Shown in pieces: positions 23,976-35,097 of a stretch of DNA of 64,000 nt. Position 1 is the first letter of the stretch, and each line of letters opens with the position of its first letter. The notes below the pieces were generated by a model that searched no databases, was not told the DNA's origin, and was given only the letters and a program-made list of their open reading frames with translations. Origin of the DNA: Polymyxa betae A26-41 (taxonomy: Eukaryota; Protista; Endomyxa: Phytomyxea); NCBI GenBank assembly GCA_003693705.1, contig RBZT01000562.1, positions 2,985-66,984 of the forward strand, given 5' to 3'. The translations under genes and the position numbers were made by a program.

Positions 23976-26900
23976 ATGGTAGAGACGATCGTTATCGATT
24001 CCGATGACAGCGCGGACGACGACGCTCTCGTCAAAGTCTATGGCTTTCACTTGCCGGCTTGTCAGGCGTCTTCTGGTCCAGCTCGGCACAAATCCTGCAA
24101 GAGACCGAACTGTCCTATTCGTGTATTTTCGGCCAAGCATTCGGAAGGCCATGGTGGAATTTGGACTCCACCTATAGCTCAAGTATCATCAATTTTTATT
24201 GCATTTCATTGCGATTTTAGAAATTGATAGTTCTTCGTGTTAGGTTACAGCTTTGAAAACTCAGTTGAAAGAAGTAACGCCTCGTTTTCCAGCGACTTTG
24301 CCTGTTGGATTACATAATATGGGCGCAACTTGCTATATCAATTCATTATTGCAAATGATATATGCGAATGTTCGTTTTCGTAACGCCCTCTTGGCTACCA
24401 AATGGTCGAGCCCTATTTTGCGTCAAATGCAGCGTTTGTTTGCGGTACGTCCACATACGACCTGTATCAATCAATGTAATTGTCAATTCAGCGAATGACT
24501 TTGATCACGTCAGCTACAATTACGCCAATAGAATTCGTCGAGTCGCTCAACATAAACAATGAAGTGCAACAGGACCTTCATGAGTTTAATAAGCTCTTAC
24601 TTCAGCATATTCAGGTCCGACCTAGTCCTTTCGCCTTACGATTCTGAATCAATTTCCTAGTCCACTGCTGCACCGTTGACATTGGTTGAGGACGAGTATC
24701 ACGGCCAACTTTCTTATGTCACTGAATGCAGTGTTTGCAATAACGTGACCACTCGCAGCGAATCATTCGCAGATTTACAACTTAACCTGACTGAGTCGCT
24801 TGAGAAAAGGTTGTTAACATTCTTCCTTGGTCCACCTATATTTTCTAAATTGTCAATAGCTTCGAAGAATTGATATCTCCTGAGGTATTACAAGGCGACA
24901 ATGCATACAGCTGTGAAGTCTGCAAGGCAAAACAAATCGCTCATCGACGCTTACGGGTGGATCGTTTACCGCCTACGATCAATCTGCATCTTGTGCGTTT
25001 TATCTTCGATCGAGAGACTTTCCGAAAAACCAAAGTAACGCATATCGTGATATTTTCCTGTAAAAATGACTTCGATTTAGTCGTTCACAAAAACTCGAAT
25101 TCCAAAGTCCATTGACTTGTCAAACTACACTTGTGATCAGTCAGACGTAGTAATTTGTTCGTCAGTGAAATTGGGTCTTAAATTTCTTAGGGCCCATTAA
25201 TTTATGATTTGATCGCTGTTTTAAGGCATCAAGGTGCTTCTGCAGATTCGGGACATTTTGTTGCCGATATTCGATCAACTGATAATCAGACATGGGTAGG
25301 ATCTGCTATTGTGATCGCACACGGAACTAATGTTGGTTGTAGTATAGGTTTGATGACCACAATGTCTGAGTATTCTATTGTTGTGTTGAGCAGCGTGATT
25401 TATGTCCATGCTAGGTAAGGGACGTTATTGGCGGACTGGAGACTGAGGAATCGATCAATTCAAGCAATGCCTATATGCTTGTGTACACATCTCGAAGCTC
25501 AGTGGCTGCTGAAAAGCGAAATCATTCCAGTAGTAAATCAGTAATCGATTGCGAATTAGCAGCGGAGATCGCCGAACAAAACGGAATCTTAGAAAGGAAG
25601 CATACTCGAATATCGTCCGAACTTGCACTGCTTGTATGCTCGTAATTTAATATATGCGAAATTTTGAAATGCTATTGTGTTCAGGAGCAGCGCATTGCAG
25701 AGCGCAAACGCAATGTGGAGGCCGTTTACTCTCCCGAACATTGCGTGCTACCATTAGATTCGGATGTGGAGTTTGATGAAAAAGCTGTTGCTCTTCCTAT
25801 CGATTGGTTACGGGACTGGACGCGAAATGTATCTGAGAGCCCTCTCGATTGTAGTCCAATTATATGTCCGCATGGGCGTTTAAATCCCACACAGTCCGCG
25901 TACGTAGATTATGGCTCATTTCCGCCTAACTGACTTATCAGCAGGAAGATGTCACGTATAAGCAATTCTTCATGGTCGATAATTCAAAGTTCACTCTCAG
26001 CCCCTATTTCAGTTGGCCCTTCGAAGCAGTTATGTCGACAGTGTGTCGATTATTGTGAACATCTGAACGAATTACGCTCTTTACTGCAACCATCGCAACG
26101 AGAATTGGATGTTGAGCCAAATGCCATCTGGATCAGGTAATCTTCAAATTGCTGTCGATCTTCCGCTAAGTTAACTGCTGTCAGTTCTCAATATTTTCGG
26201 GCGTTGAACGCTGCTCTTAAGAATTCCGCGCCTCTTCCGCCAGTGCAAGGCATGCAAGAAGGCGTTTTATGTGATCACGGTGGTCTGTCGCTGTCTAGAG
26301 CTGTAAGGTCTCAGCTTTTCTGAGACTTGAATCCTCAGTTTTAACAGAGCCGATCTTTGATTTCTAATGAGGCATTAACCGTTTTAACCTTTTTGCTGGG
26401 AGAAGGAGATCAGACGCTTCCGGCTCCTATTGGTCGGAACGCTGCTATCTGTATCATCTGTCAAGAGAATCGCGATCGGAATCGAGAAGAGCGGGTAGCC
26501 GATTCCAGCGCCCGCAAAAATGAACGCGGCTTGCTGAAAGATACAATCCGGCTGGGTACAAAACGTCCTCGCTCGGGGAAATATTACATTGCACCGCAAG
26601 AATGGTTGGTAGCTGTCTCGAAGTGGCCTCGCTTTCACATGAATATATTCAAGGTTTGCCTGTTGGAACGATTTTACATTGGCTGGTACGGGCAAATCTA
26701 GTTCTCCTTCGCCAGGGCCCATTCTTACTCGGTAGGATTTTGTTTAGCTTTGCGTCCCTTTTAATAACCCAGCTTTCAGGTCTTTACTTTGTGAGGATCA
26801 TGGGCAGTTGTTGCATAAACTATCATGGCCCGAATCTGACGGCCTCTTGTCTGTCGCGACTGATTCCCCATTGCGGCTTATCGCTGCTAGTGAATATCCT

Positions 26901-27579
26901 TTTCTCAAGTCACGATATAGTGTCTCTGGTCCTGATATACTGGTCACTTTTACCAGCAGGAGTCTGGAGCTTGATGAGTATAGGTTTTGCTATGTGATAT
27001 TTTCTTCTGTTCACTTGTGCACAGTTCACGCAATCAAGATATGGAATGCTCGCATGGAGTGTGCTTTGAGTGCATTCATCTCTTGCAGCTGAAAACCCTC
27101 TCTTATAAAGAAGGAACGATCTATATCGTAGAAGAAAAGGACGCTGAAAAAATGTAATTTATTCTAAATTTCAAGTGATAATACTGAGTGTAGTTAGGTT
27201 GCGAAGAAAACGGAGACGTCAGAGTCGTTCCCATGTTCTTGAGCTCAAAGTCAACTCCACTGACTCGGTGGGAAATGTGAAGCTACGGATCTGGGAGCGG
27301 CTGGATGTGCATCCCAGTCGACAGACTTTGGTTAACATGGATTTCGATCCATTGCCGGATTCTTCTACTTTAGAGGTTTTGTTTTCCGATCCACAAATTA
27401 AATATATAAATGGACTTGTTCAGAAATGCGGCGTAGCCCGAGGCGCGACGTTATTCGTAAGGATTGCAGAAACCGAAGGTGATGAAGACATTGCAGTTGA
27501 TATGGACAGTGCAATGGATATTATTAAGCCTGAACATCGGGCTGGCTTTGCAGGCAGTGCTCTGGAATCGTTGCTGTAA
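23976..27579 (+). CDS. USP48: Ubiquitin-specific protease USP48/UBP26-like (USP, DUSP repeats, C-terminal UBL), intron-rich
   Basis: Cys box GLHNMGATCYINSLLQ, VQQDLHEF, His box HQGASADSGHFVADI, SSNAYMLVY, CPHG/CDHG DUSP motifs, C-terminal UBL and GFAGSAL. Confidence 0.85.
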
Positions 27580-28815
27580 AATGCACAATCAGGGGTGCAG
27601 AAGTGGTATATATCTATCGATTTCTTCTCATTTATGCTTATAAAGTATTTAATCAGAAAACACTTGGATCAAAGTGTTGTAGCTCTTCAAGTGTTTACTG
27701 ATCAATGGCAAAGTCAAAATTTAGCCCCAAAAAACTCGTCGGCTTGTTGCATAATGCATAGTGGGGCGAAAAAAATGGTTTGAGGGATAAAACACTGGAA
27801 CGACTTCAAAACGTTCATTCCCCTCTAACCCTCCTCGTGACGACCGAGGAGTAATTAAACTTGGAAGTGATCCCGACCGTGCGTCCGTGAATGATCTGAC
27901 ATGCAGCCAGCTTCCACTCGGGTACCACCTCCATCACGTTAAGATGCCGGTCGCATTTGGTATCCATAGTTTCGTACCCGGCGAGATTTGGTCGCATCAA
28001 AGCTTCGGGCAGTGTCATCATTGCTAATATTGCGAGCTAGTCTATGTTCAATATACACATCACCCAGTGCATGCGAAGTCTGGTCTCGACGTTTAGAGCC
28101 AAAAAAGGGTTTCTCTGTTGCTATGTCTCAAATTACGAACATTTCAAGGGAATTGAATTTAAGCTGTGCAAGTTTCAGAAGCTCAGTCGAAGGAAAACTG
28201 GACTTGTGCTTTCTGTAATGTTGGCGACTGGCTAAATACTCATGTTTTGCAAGTTTGTTTGCTCTGTTCAAGCACGCAATCGGATGACGGGATGGAAGCA
28301 GAGGTATACTTTCCGGGATTGGACGATAGCGAGTATTGAAATTGAAGAATGTGAGTCCTTCGTTAGTGGAGCATTTTTCTTAGTCACAGCAGGGTCGGGA
28401 TGATTTCGAGCCAGACAACTGGCGATCAAGAATTGCCGAAATCTTTCAAATTTTTCGTTATTGGGCCTGATCCAAGGCTGTGCAAGTGCAATTCCAGCAT
28501 GGGCGTGATAATACATCGTCGCCTGCGACCTATTCCTGCGGACGAATGACACAAAACGTTATGGACTGTCAACACATTTCGGATCATTCAGATTTTCTAG
28601 AAATTCTGGCAAGCTGGCAAGCCCGCCAGACAATGGAAACCCTTTACAAGGTGTTATCCTCGAAGTCTATCTGCAACAGCGTGTGACTTTGACAATTGAC
28701 AATCAGGCCGCATATTGGTCTAATCATCCATTAGTTACAGCTGACCACATACTGCTGTTAAAATACGATGGGAGCTGTTAGGGTTCAATCTGATGAATTT
28801 CCATATTTGGGCGAA

Positions 28816-31569
28816 TTATGACATCTGATGATGATTGTCGGCGACCTTCTTGCACATGTACATGTTCACATCGCGCGTGATGCCGAACAACGCTTTATGG
28901 ACGATGCCGCCGCCGAACGGAAACACCCGGACCCAGCCCCGACGCCTCTCATACTCCTGCTGGCTCTCCAAGCTCAACAGCTCGTGCATCATGGCCGCAT
29001 CCGCTTTGTTCCTGCCTCGCAGCCAATACGAAGGCGACGCCGCCCGATACCGCGTCGCTTCGGGCGCCGGCGTTCGATCTTGCCTCAGGCCAACCATGTT
29101 CAGCAGGTCGGCCAGTACGGTCGACTTCACCTTGTAGTCCAGAGGCGTATCGCTGGTCAGCGACGGATGCCCATTCACCTCCAGCAGCCACGGCCGTAGA
29201 GTCGCATCCAGCAGAATATCGAACCTAACAACCGTTTTCGTCATCGTTGCGATACGAGTCGTACTGGCCGTCGCAAACCCTAGCAAGCAGAAACAGGCGT
29301 CGCGGACGTGAACGTTCTGATGGATGGCGTAAACGACCTGATCCTCGATGGCGACGATGGTCTTGATGATGACCTGGTGGATATCGTGGAAGACGGTGTG
29401 GTCGTTAACGCCTCGTTGGCGAAGATGCCGGCGCAGGGCGGTCAGCGACCATTTGTGGCCGTTATCGTCGTCGTCGGCGTCGTTGTTGTGGACGAACGCG
29501 GCGCTGTTCTTGTTGATCGAGTAGTTGGTCAGGTGAACGAACGGGTTCGAGAGAGAGGCATCGCTCATGGAGAACGGCTCGGTGGCGAACCGCAACAATC
29601 CCTGATTATGTTCAGAACATGATTGGACAGAGGGAGACATCATCGAGACCTCCTCATGGACGTAGATTCGCAGCGGATCGACTGACGTGACGGCGACGTA
29701 CAGACGAATATCAAACTTTCGCCCTGTTTGGAGATGTCAGACGATTTCAAACTTCAATTTAAAAACTGCGCGGTAAAAATTGTGAATTCATTAACTGCGT
29801 CAGTCAAAATCGAAAACCATGCGCCCCAAGAGAACTTTTTTATCGCACAATAAAAACGAATGGCAAATTCACAACTGCGTCAGTGGCAAATCACAACAAT
29901 TGCGCTTTAAGAGAACTTTTTCACCGCGCATTTGAAAAAAAAAAACAACGCAAATTGATAGACTGCGTCAGTCAAAGCCAAAACAATCGCGCACAAAGAG
30001 AACTTTTTCGCCGCGCAAATAATGCCATGTGCCCATATCGATCAATACCTTGAATGAGATAAGGATGGGCGATATATCTGGAGACGACCAGATGAGAATT
30101 GTGAGGGATATCGGTTAGCTGCCGTGTGACGAATATGCCCCGGCCCTGGCAGGAGGCATGCGGCTTCACAATCCAGGCCGATGTCCGATGATTCAGGCTA
30201 TGATAGGTTCGATCGAGCTTGTCGGCGTCCTACTCGCGACCGTTAGATGCAGGCGTCGATCAGGCGACGATTTGAGTACCGTCGGCAGCAGGAACGTTTC
30301 TGGAATGAAGCAATACGGGTTCCCAGCAGCATGATGATCCTGCATTCTCGCCACGTTGATGAACAACGAATCCTTGCGCGTGATTTGCTCCAATAGCGGA
30401 AACCGGTTCACTTTCTGCCCTGAATCTTCTCATTACCATCGAGCATTCATTATAAAAGCAAGAAAAATAGGGAAAAATGTTCAACACAGTCCAAGAAATG
30501 CAAAAAATCGAGAAAAAGTTGAACGCTTTTTTTGTTAATTTCTGTACCTGGACGAAGGTGACGGAAGATCTCAATACGAATTGGAGAGCGGCCGCCGATC
30601 CAATACAGATCCCAGCTGTTCCCTGAACGAAGGCGACGGAACCCGGCCTGTTGCAGAATCTGGCGCAGAATGCGATTATCGCCTAAACAGGATCGCGTTC
30701 AGCGACGTCAGATTTGGCAGATGCCGCCGCCCTACCTGGCATCTTGTAGTACAGAATCGGCGGCAGATTCGTTGCTGGCGGCGGCTCCGAGCCGGGCAAC
30801 GAAAACGGCCGCGAACGACGCCGAGGTCGGGCGCTCCGGGTTCGAACGCATTCGTGTTCGTTGCAGCATTCGTGCTCGTCGCCGTCGTCGTCGTCGGCCA
30901 AGCTTCGCATCGGACGCAGGAACTGAACCGTCTCGGAGCGATTCTCGCAGATCTGGGCGACTTCTGAAAGGCGCTCGTTCAGAACCGATCGAAGGCGTTT
31001 GCAGCCGTACTTTCCGCCGCCTCTGCCAGAATCGAGCAATCTCGTCGTCGTTTCACGACCGAGATCGGCCTGTTGATTGGCGTCGCTGTTGGCCTTCCTG
31101 GAGGCATTCGCGATCGATTCGGCGTTTTCTGCCTGCAGATGGGTTGAGAGAAGGAGCGGATTTGTTGCTGCAATGGTACATGTTGGGCGATGACAAATGG
31201 ATGGGAGGCGGTGTGGATTCGGCGGCGGCCAGATAATCGAGGCGACCGGACGCCCGGCTCCATTGATGGTAATGACGATTAATCAGCGTCTGCTTGGCGT
31301 GCCAATGGACCTGTTTGCGATGCTGCACTCCGGGTCGATGCCGAGCCGGGCCCGAATCTGTCTTCGTTATGAATTCAGTATTGGCAGCTGACTGTTATGT
31401 TACCATCCAGCGCCTTCATGATCCGTTTCAGCTGCTCGCGGGCCAGCTGCTCCTGGCGCTGGACCGTCTCTTCGCCCAGCAGCGGCGGCCACTCGTCGCC
31501 GGTCGTACTGGACTCGATCAGCGTCTCGAGATGGTTGCTGAGCCGGGCTCGCATCTCCGATAACGACAT
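28816..31569 (-). CDS. Tubulin-tyrosine-ligase-like polyglutamylase (TTLL4/5-like), multi-exon; 5' end uncertain
   Basis: KVNRFP...ITRKDSL; WIVKPHASCQGRGI; SRYIAHPYLI...KFDIRLYV; GLLRFAT; HLTNYSINK; FDILLD...PWLLEVNGHPSL. Confidence 0.88.
29794..30020. repeat. Three diverged 80-88 bp tandem units (ACTGCGTCAGT...AAGAGAACTTTTT) in TTLL intron 29724-30048
   Basis: The core recurs at 29794, 29874 and 29962. Confidence 0.8.
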
Positions 31570-31642
31570 GACGAACGTTGCCAATATTGTTTCACCCCCG
31601 ATCTCGGCGGGTACTCGGTTTTGATCCGGGGTCCTGGACCGA

Positions 31643-32077
31643 ATGATGGAGGTCCAGCACGACCGACTCCAGCGCCATTATCGGGACAGTATTCGGCAGA
31701 GGCTGCAACAGAAGCTCTCCGCCGTCGAATTGAGGAAGTCGTCGGCGGCCCAGACCATCGCCAACGATTGCCGAAACGACGCGATGTTGCTCAGCCCGAC
31801 GATCCGCAGCTTCTCCGATCGCAACCCGCCGGAGGATGGACAGTACGACCATGCCCCTGCGATCGCCAGTCAACGCGAAGCGGAATCGACTGTTCCAAGA
31901 GACGAAATTAAGGAGCCGGATAGCCAGGGAACTGTAACAGCGAAGACAGGAACAGAGGCGATCAATGATAAGAAGCAGCTGCTGGTTGAAAGAAGTCCAG
32001 CGCATCTCGTCGTTATCGCTGTATTGCAGGCATTGATCATCTTTCTGCTGGTTTTTTACATAATCAGATTCAGATAA
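31643..32077 (+). CDS. Small tail-anchored protein of unknown function
   Basis: 144-aa ORF with a C-terminal hydrophobic helix ending IIRFR; divergent from TTLL. Confidence 0.6.
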   Translation: MMEVQHDRLQRHYRDSIRQRLQQKLSAVELRKSSAAQTIANDCRNDAMLLSPTIRSFSDRNPPEDGQYDHAPAIASQREAESTVPRDEIKEPDSQGTVTAKTGTEAINDKKQLLVERSPAHLVVIAVLQALIIFLLVFYIIRFR

Positions 32078-32320
32078 AGCGGATGGAATTTCTTGCCAAT
32101 CAAAACAGGATTATCCAGATGGCATCTCACATTTTACCAAGAACAATAGATGCTGAAAGAGATGCAGAAACAAGCACGAAAAACTGCTCGAGAAAAGGCA
32201 CAATGACAAGAGCGAGTGTACTGATCATTCGAGGTGGATCTTTATAGAATGAAAATGTGTCAAATGAAACATCGTATAATTTGGTAATGGCATAAAGGCG
32301 ATAGTAATCGTGAGACAGTC

Positions 32321-33814
32321 TTACAGGAGCTTGTCGAGCTTCCTGCTCATCATGTGCCTGTATATGAGGACGGCGACGAACACGACCTGGAACATGATCA
32401 AGATCGCCCAGATATTCCAGTCGCTGCCCTTCAAGGCGGCCGCCGCCACCCTCGCCGTGCCCTTCCCGATCTCGCGCGCGATCTGCGCCTGGAACGATTT
32501 CGACAGCCGATCGACGACGCCGCCCATGTCTTTGACGGTTTCTTGCAAGGCGGCGATCTGCGCATCGATCGTGTTCGCGCGACGCTCGGTATCGACCCGA
32601 CCGGAATCCACGCTGGCCTTCGTCGATTCGATCGTCTTCGCCAACGATTGCAGCTGCGACGCCGTACTGGACACGTGCTGGGCCAGCGACGAGTCGACTC
32701 GGCGAATCTGCTGCACGATCGAGTTCGTCGACGACTGAATCTTCTGCAGGACGTTGGTCTGGACTTCCTTGAGGGCTTCGCCGGCCTGCTGCGATTCCAG
32801 CGCCGTATGCGTGGTCGCCTTCATCAGCTGGTCGATCTTGTCGTGCAGCGTCTCGGTCACATCGGCGGGTGCCGGCTCGGGAGGCGGCGGCTGGGCGAAG
32901 CCAGATTGGGTCTGCTGCTGATGTTGCGGCGGCGGCTGCTGTTGTTGTTGTTGCGGCGGCGGCGGCTGCTTCCAGCCTTGCTGCTGCTGCTGCTGCTGCC
33001 ACGCTTGCTGAGGCGGTTGCTGCTGCTGCTGAGGTCGCTTCGCATTCCAATCAGGGACACCGGTCACTTCGATCGCCACGACTTCATGCGTCTCCTGCGG
33101 GTATTCGCTGGCGATCGTCTCCGCCGACACACCCAGATACCAATCGCGATCCGTTCGCATCTTGAGCGGCACCTCGAGACATTTCTGAAACCGATTGTTG
33201 CCGGTCAGGTCGACGTGAACCGACAGATCTGTCCCGTTGTAGGCGACACGGGTCGAAACGACTTCGGAGCGGCGATAGTCGGCGACACAGCCGGCCAGCT
33301 GCGTGCTAACACCATCATCGGCGTGCGAATACGGCGTCGCTCCGTCCATGTAATGGGCCGAGATCGACGGGTTGTTTCGTCGCTTGTCGTCGTCGATCGA
33401 GTCGAAGATGATACCCAGACCTCGGAAGAAGTCGCGGCTACCATAAACCGGGCCAAGTTCGCCAGCCAAGGCGTCGTCCGGCTTCTCGAGCAGCCATAGA
33501 CCGAATCCTTTGCCGGTTTTCGGGCCGGTAGCGCCTGTGATTTTCGTTCTCAGCGTGATGTTGAAGCCCTGACGATAGGCGAACGGGTTCGGGTTCCAGA
33601 GAGCGGCTTGCTGCGGCCCAGGACGCTTTCGCGTCGTTAACACGGCCGCGCCCTGGTCGAACAGAGGATTGCCGAGCTTGACCCAGCTCTCAGGCTGAAA
33701 CGGCTTCACAAGGCTCATGCCATACGGATCGTTGGCTGCTTGAAATTGCCCAGACACGACCACGACGGCGATCGCCGACAGCACGACGACATAGCTGGCG
33801 CCAAAACCAGTCAT
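32321..33814 (-). CDS. L-type lectin cargo receptor, ERGIC-53/Emp47-like
   Basis: Signal peptide, GFGLW...GPVYGS...GLGIIFDS...GVSAET, polyQ/P linker, coiled coil, TM, C-terminal KLDKLL. Confidence 0.9.
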   Translation of the reverse strand: MTGFGASYVVVLSAIAVVVVSGQFQAANDPYGMSLVKPFQPESWVKLGNPLFDQGAAVLTTRKRPGPQQAALWNPNPFAYRQGFNITLRTKITGATGPKTGKGFGLWLLEKPDDALAGELGPVYGSRDFFRGLGIIFDSIDDDKRRNNPSISAHYMDGATPYSHADDGVSTQLAGCVADYRRSEVVSTRVAYNGTDLSVHVDLTGNNRFQKCLEVPLKMRTDRDWYLGVSAETIASEYPQETHEVVAIEVTGVPDWNAKRPQQQQQPPQQAWQQQQQQQGWKQPPPPQQQQQQPPPQHQQQTQSGFAQPPPPEPAPADVTETLHDKIDQLMKATTHTALESQQAGEALKEVQTNVLQKIQSSTNSIVQQIRRVDSSLAQHVSSTASQLQSLAKTIESTKASVDSGRVDTERRANTIDAQIAALQETVKDMGGVVDRLSKSFQAQIAREIGKGTARVAAAALKGSDWNIWAILIMFQVVFVAVLIYRHMMSRKLDKLL

Positions 33815-34342
33815 AATAATATAATACGATGCTTAATAAGGTACGTTCGTGTTCGTGCGATACTTGAATTGTGGTGGTCTTGGGCCGAGACAGCGAACAA
33901 GATCGCCGTTCGCGAGCAAATGACTCACACTCGGGTCTGGTTGATAGAAAGATGGCGAACTGCGTGACTCACAAGCAACCCAATTAAATCACAAATCTAA
34001 CGATGAAGCCTCCGCAATAAGTCCGCGCGTGGCCCCTTCATTCCTGTCTCACCCCTTGCAAAACATAAGGTTGAAAATGTCCGTGACGTTCAAATAAAAA
34101 ACACCGTAATACAGAGTGTTGAAAAGTCCAAAAAATAGTCATTTTGCTAATAGGGCAGATTGTAAGAATAGTTTATCTGTGTGAGCGTTCTGATGATACT
34201 GGAAGGGCCACACAAGTCTGCTGGTCAGCCATCATTCAAGTATGTCTCATTTCAGGGTCCGGATTCCATAGCACCGACTCGTTGGCTGGATCCTGACGAT
34301 GACGTACAATCATGTGTGGCAAACAATCGTTTTATGTCGTAG

Positions 34343-34639
34343 CTATCCTGGGAGGAAGCAGTTAGAAGAGTTTCCAAAGCTAGTCCTCGTACTTGGGTCG
34401 ATTAGGAAATGAGCAATGAAAACAAGGATGATTATGAAGGCATAGACGGCGATCAAATCCAGGCGGTTGCGGACGACACAGCCACCAGGATAATATTCGT
34501 CGTATCGTCTGATGGGCTTGTCGACTGGACCCGGAGCGAGCCCCTGTTGCTCATGAACAGCGATCGATACGGATTGCCTACAATCCAAGCGCCTGGGCTG
34601 CTCGGAATCGGACTCGTGTTCGGGTGCCTCGAGCAGCAT
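34343..34639 (-). CDS. Possible small membrane protein
   Basis: 98-aa ORF with one hydrophobic helix; no family recognised. Confidence 0.3.
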   Translation of the reverse strand: MLLEAPEHESDSEQPRRLDCRQSVSIAVHEQQGLAPGPVDKPIRRYDEYYPGGCVVRNRLDLIAVYAFIIILVFIAHFLIDPSTRTSFGNSSNCFLPG

Positions 34640-35097
34640 CAGGGCGAATCGATTCGCCCGAGAGTGAACTAGATGGAAATCGGAGATGAATTCCGCCTAA
34701 TTCATCAAAGTAGCTTTAAATAACGTAAATCCTCGAGATTATCTGACTGCATCAGACTGACAATTTTGGCTGCTTTGTTATATAAATCAGGAGAATCCTG
34801 TTTGCATTTTTGTAAGAAAACAGATCAAGAGCCAAGATCATCAATTAAAGCTGCTAATATACACAGAGTCAATACTCAGCGAATCCTTGCCATTCATTGT
34901 TTGCTTCACCGAATTGCCTACAATAAGACATTCGCCTTCGCTCCAAATCTGTCGAATAAACAGCGCGGCATTGCATTTGACCGTGAGCGGATTCGAAATT
35001 TCGAATCCGAATCAGCAAAATCGACAGCGAAATCAAGCTCAGCGGGCCTCCTACTGGTCAACGTTTCAGTCGTAGAGGGAGGCCGCTCCTTTCCAAG

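Noticed and set aside
28500-28575. Minus-strand VLCHSSAGIGR resembling a PTP signature
   Set aside because: Isolated motif in a stop-interrupted frame with no supporting domain.
29794-30020. Repeat-spacer appearance suggestive of CRISPR
   Set aside because: Eukaryotic intron, the spacers are themselves similar, and there are no cas genes.
32915-33030. CAG/CAA polyQ tract
   Set aside because: Ordinary low-complexity linker within the L-type lectin.
32354-33499. Long antisense ORFs (381 aa here; also over NAT10, RbfA, NOP2 and TTLL)
   Set aside because: Shadow ORFs expected opposite GC-rich coding sequence.
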